64,000 nucleotides of DNA from an uncultured Acidobacteriota bacterium (lineage in GTDB: Bacteria; Acidobacteriota; JAQAZP01): positions 1,088,001-1,152,000 of the forward strand of contig CAWIIB010000009.1 of assembly GCA_963836075.1 (NCBI GenBank), in the 5' to 3' direction. Shown in pieces: positions 8,149-20,378 of the stretch. The translations under genes and the position numbers were made by a program. A model generated the notes under the pieces. It saw only the letters and a program-made list of their open reading frames with translations, was not told where the DNA came from and did not search any database. Within the stretch, counting starts at the first letter, position 1; the number at the start of each line of letters is the position of its first letter.

Positions 8149-10533
8149 CTACTCCTCCTCCAGCGGTGGGACAAAGCTCTCCACGCCCGGCCGGGGGGCG
8201 TCGCCGATCAGGTGCTCGGCAAAGTAGTCCCAGACCATGCCGTAGAGGTAGCGCCAGCCGCCCAGGCCATGATCCGCTCCGGGAACCATGAACATGTCGA
8301 AGCGCTTGCCGGCCTTGATCAGGGCGTCGGCCATGCGGAAGAGGTGGGCCGGATGGACATTGTCGTCCTGGGCCCCGTAGATCATCAGCAGTTTGCCCCG
8401 AAGCTGGTCCGCCAGCTCCACGTTGCCTTCGGCGCCAGCCTCCCAGCGCTCGGCGCCGTCCTCACCGGTGACCTTCTTCACTCCCCTGTAACGCTCGACC
8501 CAATGGTCGTAGTAGATGTTGGGTTCGTTTGGCGCGCTCATGGCCACCCCCACCTTCCAGAAGTCGGGGTCCACCAGCATGGCCGAGACGGTCATGAAAC
8601 CACCCGAGGAGCCGCCGAAGATACCCGTCCGCTGGATGTCGATCCAGGGGTGCTGCTCGGCCAGCTGCTCGATCACCGTCCGTTTGTCGGCCAGGCCGTA
8701 GTCGCGAAACTGCTCCCGCCCGTACTCGCGGTAGACCAGGCCGCGCTTGGGCGTGCCGCCCCGGTTGCCGAAGCGGACCACCACGATCCCCAGCTGGGCC
8801 ATGGTGGCCTCGGCGGAGATGGGGTTGAAGGCCTGCTGGATGTATTCGTCCTGGCGGCCGGGGTAGACCCGGGTGGCGATGGGATATTTTTTTTCGGGAT
8901 CGAAGTCGTGGGGCTTCCAGATCACCCCCCACTGCTCGGTGATCCCGTCGGCCGACAGCGCCTTGAAAACTTCCGGCGGTTTCCAGCCGGCTTCCACCAG
9001 CTTGCTGATGTCTGCAGTCTCCAGATCGACGAGCAGCCTGCCCTCCATGTCGCGCAGCAGACAGTAGGTGGGCTGGTCCACCCGCGAGCAGTTGTCGATG
9101 AAGCAGGTTTTCCCGGGAGCGAGAATGACCTGGTGCTCGGCATCCTCGGGGGTGAGCAGCTTCAGCCCCGTGCCGTCGTAGTTCACCCGGTAGAGGTGGG
9201 TGTAGTAGGGGTTGCGGCCCTTTCCCCGGCCGCAGCCGGTGAAGTAGATCACCTTTTTCTCCCCGTCCACCCCCAGCACGGCCTCCACGGTCCAGGCCCC
9301 GATGGTCACCTGGTTCAGCAACCGGGCCGCGGCGTCGTAGTGGTAGAGGTGGCCCCAGTTGTCGCGCATCGACCACCAGAGATAGCCCTCGCCGCCCGGC
9401 AGCTCCACCGGCTCCTGGATGTAGACCATGCCCTCGATCCGCTCCTCCAGCAAGGTCTGCGCCAGGCCGCTGGCCGGGTCGGCGGCACAGACGTCGACCT
9501 TCATGAAGTCGCGGCTGCGACGGGGGAAGAAGAGCGTCGACGAGTCGCCGCCCCACCAGAGGGTGGAGACGAACAGGTCGTCCAGCCGCTGGTCCTCGAA
9601 GCGGTCGGCCTGGACGCGGACCATCCGCTGGTCATTCCGGTGCCAGATCCAGATCTCCCACTGGGGCAGGTTCTCGCCGGGGAACGGGCACTTGTAGGTT
9701 TTCAGCGTGGGCCGCGGCTGAGCCAGGTGGTCCACCAGCCAGAGATCCCCCACCTCCCGCACGTCGGCCCGCAGGATGGCGAACTTGCTCGAGTCGGCGC
9801 ACCAGGCGGCCGGCACGTGGCGCCGCTCGGTGTCGTTGTCCTTGACCAGGTCCCATTCCATACCCCAGCTGAGGCCATACGCCCCGTCACTACTGATCTG
9901 CTTCTCCGTGCCGTCGGGATCGGCCGGGTCGCAGACATGAAGGTTGTTGCCCCGGGCGTAGACACAGAGCGCCCCGTCCGGCGAGCGGTTCTCCCACTCT
10001 TCGGGGCCGGAGGCCGGCTCGTCGGCTTCAACCGCTCGGAGACTGTCCTCCACCGGGTCGTACTCGTAGGATGCCTCACCCAGGCTGAAATGGATCAGCC
10101 CGCCTTCGAGGGTGAGTCCGGCCAGGTCGAGCATGGTCCCATCGTGCTCTTCGCCGGTCAGCTTGCCCAGGGTTGCGGCCAGCTTCATCCGGTCGAACAG
10201 CGGGTGCTGTTCTTTCTTTGCCGGGTCCACCAGCAGGTAGTGGCGGCCATCGGCCCGCAGGTAGCGATACCAGAAACGGTCACCCTCCGGCAGCCAGTTG
10301 GGGATGATGTCGGTGCTCAGCATCAACTCGTGGGTCCTGTGGGGCAGCCACTTCTCGGCCAGTTCCCAGTTTGCTGTTGCGACTCTCCGTGCACCGGCTT
10401 CATCGGCCAGCAGGAAACCGGCGCAGATGGCGCTGAACAGTACGATCATCAGCAGGACCTGCCAGGCCGGCGGCAGCCGGCGGCCATTGCGGTTACCCGG
10501 GTGTGTGTCTTCAATCATGGCCTGCATCCTCAC
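8149..10533 (-). CDS. S9B family (dipeptidyl peptidase IV-like) peptidase
   Basis: Propeller region followed by KPHDFDPEKKYP, VYPG, GGSSGG nucleophile, QDDNVHP and DHG catalytic His. Confidence 0.92.
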   Translation of the reverse strand: MRMQAMIEDTHPGNRNGRRLPPAWQVLLMIVLFSAICAGFLLADEAGARRVATANWELAEKWLPHRTHELMLSTDIIPNWLPEGDRFWYRYLRADGRHYLLVDPAKKEQHPLFDRMKLAATLGKLTGEEHDGTMLDLAGLTLEGGLIHFSLGEASYEYDPVEDSLRAVEADEPASGPEEWENRSPDGALCVYARGNNLHVCDPADPDGTEKQISSDGAYGLSWGMEWDLVKDNDTERRHVPAAWCADSSKFAILRADVREVGDLWLVDHLAQPRPTLKTYKCPFPGENLPQWEIWIWHRNDQRMVRVQADRFEDQRLDDLFVSTLWWGGDSSTLFFPRRSRDFMKVDVCAADPASGLAQTLLEERIEGMVYIQEPVELPGGEGYLWWSMRDNWGHLYHYDAAARLLNQVTIGAWTVEAVLGVDGEKKVIYFTGCGRGKGRNPYYTHLYRVNYDGTGLKLLTPEDAEHQVILAPGKTCFIDNCSRVDQPTYCLLRDMEGRLLVDLETADISKLVEAGWKPPEVFKALSADGITEQWGVIWKPHDFDPEKKYPIATRVYPGRQDEYIQQAFNPISAEATMAQLGIVVVRFGNRGGTPKRGLVYREYGREQFRDYGLADKRTVIEQLAEQHPWIDIQRTGIFGGSSGGFMTVSAMLVDPDFWKVGVAMSAPNEPNIYYDHWVERYRGVKKVTGEDGAERWEAGAEGNVELADQLRGKLLMIYGAQDDNVHPAHLFRMADALIKAGKRFDMFMVPGADHGLGGWRYLYGMVWDYFAEHLIGDAPRPGVESFVPPLEEE

Positions 10534-11420
10534 TCTCCCTTCTCTCCCGTCGGGCTGTCGCCCGACATGCCGGGGAAGAACTCCACCAGGTCCTTGAAGC
10601 CCAGGTCGCCGCCTGGAGGAAAGAGATCTTCGGTCCGCTTGTATTCGCTGCGCAGTTCATCCACGGATGACGCCTGCTCCAGCAGCGGCCGGAAGGAGTA
10701 GTTGTGGAGGTCGGAGTTGATGTAGCTGTAAAAGGCGCGGGCCAGAAAGAGGTTCGCGCTCCAGATCGCTTCGTACACCCCTTTCTGGTCCTGGGAGATG
10801 TGGGCCAGCAGGAACTGCCGGCCGTCCACGAAGAGGGCCATCCACTGGGAGTTCCAGGTGTCCATGTTGGACTCGCCAAACGGGCTGTGGATCATCCGGG
10901 CCCCCTCCAGCGTTTCGCCGGTGTAGGTGCGTACCGAGATGTCGATGCCGCGGGCGGCCGCCGCTTCCACCGGCTGGCGCAGCCGCTTGCAGGGACCGGG
11001 GAACAGTTCGGCCAGGGCCCGCTCCTTGCACTCGCGCAGCATCACCCGGAAGCGCTCGTAGACCTGGTCCACCGAGGTCAGGCGGTAGATGCCGGTGTCC
11101 ACCGGGCTGAGCGGCAGGCGGTTCACCGCGGCCACCGCCTTGCGCCGCTGTTCGGCAAAGCGGGTTTCCAACTGGTCCATCAGCTCGTCCACCGGCACCG
11201 CCCGGGAGAGCTTGCTCTCGCTCTCGTCCACCAGGATCGCCCCCCGGGCCTGCAGGGCGGCCAGCGCCTTGTAGGTGTTGGTGAACGACCGCCCGATGCC
11301 CTTGGCGATCTTGTAGCCGGTGGCCGGGGAGTGCTGGAGCAGAAAGACGTAGATCTCCGCTTCCAGGGTGGTGAACCCCAGCTCGTTGATGATCCCGATG
11401 ATTTCCTGTTTGCTGTCCAT
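10530..11420 (-). CDS. TrmB family transcriptional regulator
   Basis: LGFTTLEAEIYVFLL...ATGYKIAK.IG....NTYKALAAL..RGAI winged HTH. Start placed at MDSKQE. Stop overlaps the peptidase start. Confidence 0.9.
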   Translation of the reverse strand: MDSKQEIIGIINELGFTTLEAEIYVFLLQHSPATGYKIAKGIGRSFTNTYKALAALQARGAILVDESESKLSRAVPVDELMDQLETRFAEQRRKAVAAVNRLPLSPVDTGIYRLTSVDQVYERFRVMLRECKERALAELFPGPCKRLRQPVEAAAARGIDISVRTYTGETLEGARMIHSPFGESNMDTWNSQWMALFVDGRQFLLAHISQDQKGVYEAIWSANLFLARAFYSYINSDLHNYSFRPLLEQASSVDELRSEYKRTEDLFPPGGDLGFKDLVEFFPGMSGDSPTGEKGE

Positions 11421-11436
11421 TGGGTCCCACCGTGGG

Positions 11437-11477
11437 AAAGAAAAGAAAATGAGGTCCCGTCCCATTTTCTTTTCTTT
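11437..11477. repeat. 15-bp inverted repeat upstream of trmB
   Basis: AAAGAAAAGAAAATG-N11-CATTTTCTTTTCTTT. Confidence 0.6.
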
Positions 11478-11777
11478 ATTATTAATCTATAGGATGAATA
11501 TAATGGGGAGCGATCATTTTGTCAATTGGAAATAGCGGATACCTGGAGAACGGGACAGGCCGGTTGCAGGAGTCTGGGTGATATTTCCAGCCAGAGCCGG
11601 GTAGATGTGAGGTAGCCGGCTGATGACGTGGTCGTTGGGCGACTTACCAGTGCCGCATACAGTAGATCGTGCCGAGAATCCAGGCGGGAACCACAGCGCT
11701 GATGAATACGGCTCTGGTCACCGTTGGTGGCCATACCCGTCCCGGCATTTTCCGTAGGCCGGAACGGTCAATTCACA

Positions 11778-12251
11778 TTACCCATACGCATATGACACCA
11801 GAAGAGATGCCCGCACTGCTGACGGCTCATAGACGATAAGCAGGTATTCGAAGGAGGAGCCGCTTTTCAGCCTGAGTGCGGGGGGCCGTCCGAGAACCAC
11901 CCAGGCCTGCGGGCCATCCGGGCCGCCATTTTCGAAGCATGATGGTGAGACCTCTTTGAGGCGATTCAGCAGGGCCAGGTGATTCGGCTGGTCCCGGTCA
12001 AGCTCTTCGAGGCCGAGATGCTCGACGAGAGAAGCGACTTCCTCTCTCGTCAGCTCAATTTCACATCGGCCATCCCGCGTCGTATCGATCATTGAACAGT
12101 GCTCGGGAGTGCGGCCCTCGATCCCGCAACTGTTCAGCAGGGATGTGATGTCCGCCTCCAGTGCCGAACGGTTCAGCGCGTTCCAGGTCCTCCCGCAGGC
12201 CGCCACCATTACCGAGGATGCGATCAGCACCAGCAGAAGGAAGGTCTTCAT
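11778..12251 (-). CDS. Hypothetical lipoprotein
   Basis: Lipobox VAAC after a hydrophobic stretch; ATGA overlap with the DoxX stop. Confidence 0.75.
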   Translation of the reverse strand: MKTFLLLVLIASSVMVAACGRTWNALNRSALEADITSLLNSCGIEGRTPEHCSMIDTTRDGRCEIELTREEVASLVEHLGLEELDRDQPNHLALLNRLKEVSPSCFENGGPDGPQAWVVLGRPPALRLKSGSSFEYLLIVYEPSAVRASLLVSYAYG

Positions 12252-12658
12252 GACAGTTTTTCATCCAGCGAGAACTTGCCCGGGCCGATGAACAACAGAC
12301 TGAAAAAGAGAATGGCCGCTTCCAGGGCATGGGAATACTTCATGAACGGGTCACCCGCATTCAGATGCATCAGGGTGGCCACCACCATGGTGCAGAAGAG
12401 GAAGAAGCATGCCGGCCGGGTGAACAACCCCAGCACCAGGAACAATCCGCCGAGGAATTCGGAGAGGGCGGCCATGAAGCCGAAGACGGGCAGGGCGAAG
12501 GTGATCCCAGTGAACGACAATGCCCCGCCGATCCGGACCCATGCTTCCGGCCCCGCGGCCAGTTTGGGGAAACCGTGGCAGATGAACGCCACTCCGATGC
12601 CGATCCTCAGGATGAGAAGACCGAAATTGCGATACTTGTTGAGCTTGTGAAAGATCAT
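12248..12658 (-). CDS. DoxX family membrane protein
   Basis: GLLILRIGIG..F..HGFPKL...EFLGG..LVLGLFTRPA...GPGKFSLD. Start placed at MIFHKL (AAGGGAG RBS). Confidence 0.92.
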   Translation of the reverse strand: MIFHKLNKYRNFGLLILRIGIGVAFICHGFPKLAAGPEAWVRIGGALSFTGITFALPVFGFMAALSEFLGGLFLVLGLFTRPACFFLFCTMVVATLMHLNAGDPFMKYSHALEAAILFFSLLFIGPGKFSLDEKLS

Positions 12659-12678
12659 GACGATCTCCCTTTCTTTTT

Positions 12679-12921
12679 TCAGAAGGAACCTAAAGTTGTT
12701 GGAGCGCAATAGTAGATGGCGATTCCAGCAATGATCAACCCCACAACTGTGGAAATCACGCGATTTATTTTTTTGAATCTGGCCGGAGGAAAGCGATCTT
12801 CAAGGTGAAGTCGTGGGGCCCAGAGGGACCAGGTGAGCAGCTTGAGGCACACGACGTAACCTGCGATCCAGGCCAGGGCCACCAGGAGTGTCAGCGCAAG
12901 TATCGGACGGACGATATTCAC
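12679..12921 (-). CDS. Small two-TM membrane protein (80 aa)
   Basis: GTG start just after the DUF418 stop, two hydrophobic segments; this is the 3' part of track ORF 12679..13230. Confidence 0.6.
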   Translation of the reverse strand: MNIVRPILALTLLVALAWIAGYVVCLKLLTWSLWAPRLHLEDRFPPARFKKINRVISTVVGLIIAGIAIYYCAPTTLGSF

Positions 12922-12929
12922 CTGATCCC

Positions 12930-14165
12930 CTATCCTTCCTGCTTGAACGGCTGCCGTTTCCAGTAGGTCAGGCTGCGCCAGAGCCACTCCAGCGGGCCGA
13001 AGCGGAAGCGCTGCAGCCAGAGCGGTGAGATGACGAGGATCACCGTCCAGACGCTGAGCACCACCACCAGCTGCCCCGCCCGCTCCACCTTGCAGTAAAG
13101 CCCCAGGCCGTGGCCGTAGAAGATCAGTGTGCAGATCACGGTCTGCAGGATGTAGTTTGTGAAGGCCATCCGGCCCACCGCGGCAAAGAGTGTCCAGAGC
13201 CGCAGGCCGGGGAGGATCTTGTAGAGCCACATCGCCAGGCCGATATACCCGGCGGAGATGAACAACGACCCCACGTAGTTGTACTGCAGGCCGAAGAACC
13301 AGGAATACTCGAAGACCCAGTCATGGGCGAACTGCTGGCGGATGCCGTAGAGCGTCAACGGGATGCCGATGTGAAAGCCGACGAGAGCCATCACCGCGTA
13401 AAACCTGCGGGAGCGCCGGGCCGAAAGCACCCCCCACTTGTAGAGCGCCATGCCCACCAGCATCAGCCCGCCGGCCCGCCAGGCGGACCAGAAGAGGAAG
13501 GCCTGGGTCTGAATCATCAGCGCCGAGATCCAGCGAACCGACATCTGGGACATGAACCCGCCCCGGTACGCCGTGATCTCCCTGGTCATCATGGCTTCGT
13601 TGGGTTGCCACAATCCGATTCTCATCCCCTCCACCTGCTCCGGCGGCCAGAACTGCACCGACCAGCCCATGAAGATGTTGAGCGCGAAGCAGACGGAGAT
13701 GGAGAGGAGGCCCAGGGTCAGCAGCCAGCCGGGCCGCAGCCGCCGGAAAAGGTAGACCACGAAGGCGCAGCAGGCATAGGCCACCAGGATGTCGCCATAC
13801 CACATCAGGTAGGCGTGGAGCATGCCGAAGACGAAGAGCCAGAAGGTGCGGCGGTAGTGATATTCGGCCGGACTCTGCTCCTTGGCCAGGCAGCGCTCGG
13901 AGAAGATGACGATGCCGGCGCCGAAGAGCAGGGAGAAGATGGTCATGAACTTCTGATCGGCGAAGACGTGGAGGAGAGACCAGACTGTCTTATGAATTCC
14001 GGTGAAGTCGCCCCAGGAGGTGGGGTTGAAGTAGGCCGACCCGATCATCGAGAAACTCGAGATGTTCATCAGCAGGATACCCAGGACGGCGATGCCGCGC
14101 AGGATGTCGAGCGAGTGGATCCGTTCATCCAGGGTGACCGGTCCGGCTTCAGTGGTGGCTGTCAA
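12930..14165 (-). CDS. DUF418 (YeiB-like) membrane protein
   Basis: RIHSLDILRGIAVLGILLMNI, KFMTIFSLLFGAG, VGRMAFTNYILQ, FRFGPLEWLWRSLTY. Confidence 0.94.
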   Translation of the reverse strand: MTATTEAGPVTLDERIHSLDILRGIAVLGILLMNISSFSMIGSAYFNPTSWGDFTGIHKTVWSLLHVFADQKFMTIFSLLFGAGIVIFSERCLAKEQSPAEYHYRRTFWLFVFGMLHAYLMWYGDILVAYACCAFVVYLFRRLRPGWLLTLGLLSISVCFALNIFMGWSVQFWPPEQVEGMRIGLWQPNEAMMTREITAYRGGFMSQMSVRWISALMIQTQAFLFWSAWRAGGLMLVGMALYKWGVLSARRSRRFYAVMALVGFHIGIPLTLYGIRQQFAHDWVFEYSWFFGLQYNYVGSLFISAGYIGLAMWLYKILPGLRLWTLFAAVGRMAFTNYILQTVICTLIFYGHGLGLYCKVERAGQLVVVLSVWTVILVISPLWLQRFRFGPLEWLWRSLTYWKRQPFKQEG

Positions 14166-14539
14166 TATCCGTCCCTCCCCGCGTCAATGGTATTTCTGTC
14201 TGAAGATTTCCGGGCCTTCCAGCGGCGGTGAACCAGCGCGATCAGAATCATCAGGGCCGCCGTGCCCAGGATAATCCAACGGGTGAGCGGATCCACAAAG
14301 AACAGATACGCAACGGCGGCGAGCACAAGCAGACCCACAGCGATATTGTAGATTTGTGACACCCTGCTGATAGCGGTCACGGCCGTGTCTGCTATTTTAA
14401 GGGATTCCGGTTCGATTGGTTCATAGGGCGGGATGGTCTGATCGTTCTTCCGCTCTTCCTCCTTTTTGCGGGCGCGTGCCCGGAGAAGCAGAATAACGGT
14501 TACGAGCATGCCCAGTGCGCTGACATATTCATTCTTCAT
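14162..14539 (-). CDS. Hypothetical membrane protein
   Basis: Three hydrophobic segments; stop overlaps the next start. Confidence 0.7.
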   Translation of the reverse strand: MKNEYVSALGMLVTVILLLRARARKKEEERKNDQTIPPYEPIEPESLKIADTAVTAISRVSQIYNIAVGLLVLAAVAYLFFVDPLTRWIILGTAALMILIALVHRRWKARKSSDRNTIDAGRDGY

Positions 14540-14554
14540 CTGTTTTCAAGGTCC

Positions 14555-15148
14555 CTATTGCTGCTCCTCCTCCGACATCAGGGCCCCGCAGTTCGAGCAG
14601 TATTTGACAAAAGAACCATGGAGTGTCCCGCACTCGCTGCAGGTCAGAGATTCTTCAAAGAGCGGGCTCTGGTATCTGCAGCCGAAGACCCGCCACTGAT
14701 CACCGTACTTTTTCATTGAGACAACCAGGGTCACCGCACCGTTATCGTAATTGGCGCGAAAGGTGAGAACTGCGGTGCGGCCCTCGCTGGTGGATGCGTT
14801 CTGGGCGACCTGGATGAACTTCAACGACTTTCGGTTTCCCAGGACTTGTGTACACGTCGCGTAGTAGGTCTCGAACTGCTCGAAAGACTGTATCTCTGAC
14901 CAGTCCTTGCCGATCTCCTGGTAGGCGGCCTCGTACTGACCGGACTCGGCGAGCCGGATGAATTTCTCCGCCACCGGCCGAAGATCTGATTTTCCGTGAT
15001 AGTAGGCCCACATGAACAGGCAGGTGACGATGATAATCAGCCCAAGGCAGCCAAGACAGCCAATACCGAGACTGTTCTGCACCAGGCTGGATTTCCTGCG
15101 GGCTGGATCGTGCTGCCCGAACCCGTGAGCGTCGTAATCTTCAGTCAT
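14555..15148 (-). CDS. Membrane-anchored NTF2/DUF3887-like protein with C-terminal zinc ribbon
   Basis: GCLGCLGLII TM anchor, AEKFI..AESGQYEAAY, and CSECG...YCSNCGA. Start uncertain. Confidence 0.7.
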   Translation of the reverse strand: MTEDYDAHGFGQHDPARRKSSLVQNSLGIGCLGCLGLIIIVTCLFMWAYYHGKSDLRPVAEKFIRLAESGQYEAAYQEIGKDWSEIQSFEQFETYYATCTQVLGNRKSLKFIQVAQNASTSEGRTAVLTFRANYDNGAVTLVVSMKKYGDQWRVFGCRYQSPLFEESLTCSECGTLHGSFVKYCSNCGALMSEEEQQ

Positions 15149-15279
15149 ATGCTGGAGTTTCTCCCGGCGGCATACGTCTTGACACCCACCCCACTGGTGG
15201 GCAGAATAGCTCCAGTTTTCATTCCGGGCAATTGCCCGGCTTTCCGCAACCATACCAGATTCACCGAAAGGACGTCACC

Positions 15280-15753
15280 ATGTTTACCCGCATTGCCGCA
15301 CCGATTCTCCTCCTTCTCTTCCTTCTTTCCTGTTTTTCCGCCCCGGTTCAGGCCGGCGACGACAAGCGCATGGAGCGGATGGAAATCGCCATGAAGGCCG
15401 AGGCCAAGGAACCGGTGGAGACGGTGGCTGATCTGCCCGCCCCGCCGGCCAGCGAGGCCGTGACCCTGGCCGACCTGCCCGAGGAGCCGGCAGGGCTGCT
15501 GACCATGATGTATCAGTGGGAAGAAGGCGACCCGCTCTATCTCAGCACCGCCTCCATGGGCGAAATTCAGAATTTTTATGCCGACGAGCTGGCCAAGCGG
15601 GGGTATTCCGGCAACCCGCAGCTGGATGAAAACGGCAAGCCGATCTCCCCGGCCTTTACCTACGGCTGTGACCTGGGCGCCATCCGGATCGTGGCCGCTG
15701 ACGATGCCGTGCCGGGCAAGACCCTGGTGGCGGTGATCATCGTTGCTCCTTAG
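15280..15753 (+). CDS. Hypothetical secreted protein
   Basis: MFTRIAAPILLLLFLLSCFSAPVQA signal peptide; AAGGA RBS. Confidence 0.72.
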   Translation: MFTRIAAPILLLLFLLSCFSAPVQAGDDKRMERMEIAMKAEAKEPVETVADLPAPPASEAVTLADLPEEPAGLLTMMYQWEEGDPLYLSTASMGEIQNFYADELAKRGYSGNPQLDENGKPISPAFTYGCDLGAIRIVAADDAVPGKTLVAVIIVAP

Positions 15754-15762
15754 GGAATCGTT

Positions 15763-15825
15763 GGGGACGTACATAAAAAGTATAACTAGCTCCAAGAGCT
15801 AGTTATACTTTTTATGTACGTCCCC
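15763..15825. repeat. Perfect 30-bp inverted repeat, GGGGACGTACAT subfamily
   Basis: GGGGACGTACATAAAAAGTATAACTAGCTC-CAA-GAGCTAGTTATACTTTTTATGTACGTCCCC, between convergent genes. Confidence 0.95.
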
Positions 15826-15841
15826 TCTTCTGTTACCAGAC

Positions 15842-17212
15842 TCAGAGCAGCTTGAGGATCTCCTTCTCCAGGTTCTCTTCGTCACCCTCTTCAAAACCGA
15901 GGTGGTAGAACATGACCCGGCCCTGCCGGTCGATGAGATAGGAGGTGGGGAAGGAGCGGACGCCGAAGATGGTGCGCACCACTTCCTCCTCGCCCTCGCC
16001 GTTCTCCAGGCAGGTGTAGGTCAGGTTGTTCTCGGTGATAAAAGTGGTGGCGCCTTCGGTGTCCCGCTGGCCTTCCACGGCCACCACGGCCAGTCCCTTG
16101 TCCTTGTACTTCTGGTAGAGCGGTTCGAGGCGTGGCAACTCCACGCGGCATCCCCCTCACGTGGGGAACCAGAAGCTGAGCAGCACCACCTGTCCCTTGA
16201 GCTGGGAGAAGCTGAGCGGTTCGCCCTGGTAGTTCTTGAGCGTGAAGTCGTCCATCTGCACCGCGAGGCGCTGCCTGTTCTGCCACAGATAGTCCTCGAA
16301 GCCTTCTTCACCATGGACCGCGGTGTAGGCTCCGTGAAGGGCGTCCATCGCCTCCACGTCCCCGCCGAGAATCGCGTCGGCCACCAGGATGTCCATCGCC
16401 TTGTTGTTCTGTCCCGCCTCGGCCAGGGTGCGGCCCCAGTAGCTGAACAGCGGGCTGTCGGGGACGCCGGCATAGTTGTAGCCGACGCTGCTGCTGCCTT
16501 CCAGGAAAGTCTCCAGTGCCATGTCCACCTTGCCCAGGTGGGCCAGGGCCCAGCCCATGCTGGCCAGGGAGGAGGCCTGGCGTTTTTTCAGCGCCTCCGC
16601 CACCTCATCGTCGGTGAAGGTCCGGCCCGGATAGTCGGCGCGGTAGGCCTCGGCGGTGGACATGTCCAGACCCGCCCGGGTGTGGTTCGCGGCCAGCTCC
16701 CAGGCCTCGCACTCCAGTGCGGCTTCGGTGACCTGCTTGTGCTCGGGATAGGTGAGCGGCTTGGTGCCGGCCAGCTCTTCGGCGGCGGCCTGCAGCGACT
16801 CCGCATCCCCCAGCCGGCCGTAGAGGCCCAGCAGTTCCAGCTGCATCTCCCGGCGCACATCGGGGTCGGTCACCGTGGGCAGGATCTTCTGGCAGAAGAG
16901 CAGCGCCTCGTCCTTTTTCCCCAGGGACTCGCCGAGGTAGTAGATGACGCCGGACATCGCGTATGCTGCCTGCTCGTTGTTCGGGTGATTCTCGACGAAC
17001 GTCTTCAGGATGGGAACCTTCTCCTCGTCGGTCTCCACGGCCCTGAGCTCGGTCAGCATGGTCTCCCAGGCCCTGGTTTCCGCGTCAACATCTTCGCCGG
17101 ACGCGGTGTCGGCCGCGGCCTGCTCCGCGGCGGGTTCGGCCCCCTGTTGCCCGCAGCCGGCCAGGGCCAGCAGCAGCACCAGCAAGGTAATGAACAGGAA
17201 CTTTCCGTACAT
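15842..17212 (-). CDS. TPR-like + TlpA/redoxin lipoprotein, predicted selenoprotein (UGGC, Sec352)
   Basis: Track ORFs 16157..17212 and 15842..16144 are in frame: LKGQVVLLSFWFPT-TGA-GGC-RVELPRL. The TGA at 16157-16159 occupies the first Cys position of the CxxC motif. Lipobox LAGC. Confidence 0.9.
16127..16156 (-). promoter_or_regulatory. Candidate bacterial SECIS hairpin
   Basis: UGA-GGGGGAUGCC-GCGUGG-AGUUG-CCACGC: 6-bp stem, loop beginning 16 nt after the UGA, with G at loop position 2. Confidence 0.7.
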
Positions 17213-17351
17213 GTGTTCTCCTTTGCTCTCTCCGGCCGGAATCCTTGGATAGCGACACGGAATAGTTGGCTATGGCAAACAGTATACTTCAACGCTTCCG
17301 GGGCCGTGGGGTTCAATCAGGAAAAGACGGAGGGGATCGGCGTGATGCGGT

Positions 17352-17427
17352 TCAGCCGGTGAACTCCAGCAGCCGCGCATGACCCTGGGCCTTGCCTTCC
17401 AGCTCGTCGTGCACGGCGATCAATCTG
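17352..17427 (-). pseudogene. Displaced duplicate of the 3' end of the methyltransferase at 20379-21038
   Basis: Reads VHDELEGKAQGHARLLEFTG-stop versus VHDELEGKPQRHVRLLEYTG-stop; 53/60 nt identical (17352-17411 vs 20379-20438). Confidence 0.9.
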
Positions 17428-17460
17428 GTTGATAATGTGACCGGATCGGTATATAATCTT

Positions 17461-17482
17461 ATTTAGTAATAGATTCCTAATT
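17461..17482. promoter_or_regulatory. Probable Fur/PerR-type operator
   Basis: AT-rich dyad TTAGTAAT-AG-ATTCCTAA between a TATAAT hexamer and the fur start. Confidence 0.55.
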
Positions 17483-17493
17483 AAGAGGCGCTG

Positions 17494-17994
17494 ATGAAAA
17501 CCAGTGGCACAGAGATTGGACGACAGGTGGCGCACTTCAGAAATGTCTGCCGTGAAGCAGGTGTGAAACTGACCCACCAGCGACTGGAGATTTTCCAGGA
17601 GCTGGCGCAAAGCAGCGACCACCCCGATGCAGAGCAGGTGTATCGAAACGTGCGCGAGCGGATGCCGACGGTGTCTCTCGACACGATTTACCGAACCCTC
17701 TGGCTGCTCAACGATCTCGGCCTGATCACCACGCTCGGGTCTCCCCGTGAGCGAACCCGCTTTGACGCGAACCTGAGCCGTCACCACCACTTCGTCTGCG
17801 TCAAGTGCGGGCTGACGCGCGACTTTTACAGCGATGAACTTGACCGGCTGGATCTGCCGGAATCGGTCAAAGCGCTGGGTCAGGTCAATACGGCGCAGGT
17901 GGAAGTGCGGGGCATGTGTACGGCCTGTGCGAGAAAAGACGTCGCCGGCAAGCGGTCGGTGCCGCCGACACCGGGGGGGAAGTCTGCAGGGTAG
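17494..17994 (+). CDS. Fur family regulator (PerR/FurA-like)
   Basis: KLTHQRLEIF...HPDAEQVY...SLDTIYRTL, RFDAN...HHHFVCVKCG, CTAC; directly upstream of katG. Confidence 0.94.
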   Translation: MKTSGTEIGRQVAHFRNVCREAGVKLTHQRLEIFQELAQSSDHPDAEQVYRNVRERMPTVSLDTIYRTLWLLNDLGLITTLGSPRERTRFDANLSRHHHFVCVKCGLTRDFYSDELDRLDLPESVKALGQVNTAQVEVRGMCTACARKDVAGKRSVPPTPGGKSAG

Positions 17995-20289
<2,295 letters not shown>

Positions 20290-20303
20290 TCGCAAGTGAG
20301 GAG

Positions 20304-20363
20304 AAAAAATGGGGACTGGCATCCTGATTCCCGAAGGGAGTCGGTGCCTGTCCCCCATTTTTT
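20304..20363. repeat. GGGGACTGGCA-family palindrome between convergent genes
   Basis: AAAAAATGGGGACTGGCATC..GATTCCC-GAA-GGGAGTC..GGTGCCTGTCCCCCATTTTTT. Confidence 0.8.
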
Positions 20364-20378
20364 TTGAATGCAAGCGGC

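Noticed and set aside
8212-10701. 829-aa plus-strand ORF (likewise 39008..41884, 45013..47175, 53335..55326, 18046..19407, 41450..43039)
   Set aside because: These are antisense shadows of clearly recognisable genes, expected in high-GC DNA; they carry no motifs of their own.
11522-11770. Possible further gene scars or small ORFs (also 28805-28950 and 45130-45290)
   Set aside because: No recognisable motif in the frames I read; cannot be supported without a search.
11520-15250. Run of small same-strand membrane-protein genes as an integron cassette array
   Set aside because: Genes overlap or are only a few bases apart, and I found no attC-like RYYYAAC...GTTRRRY palindromes.
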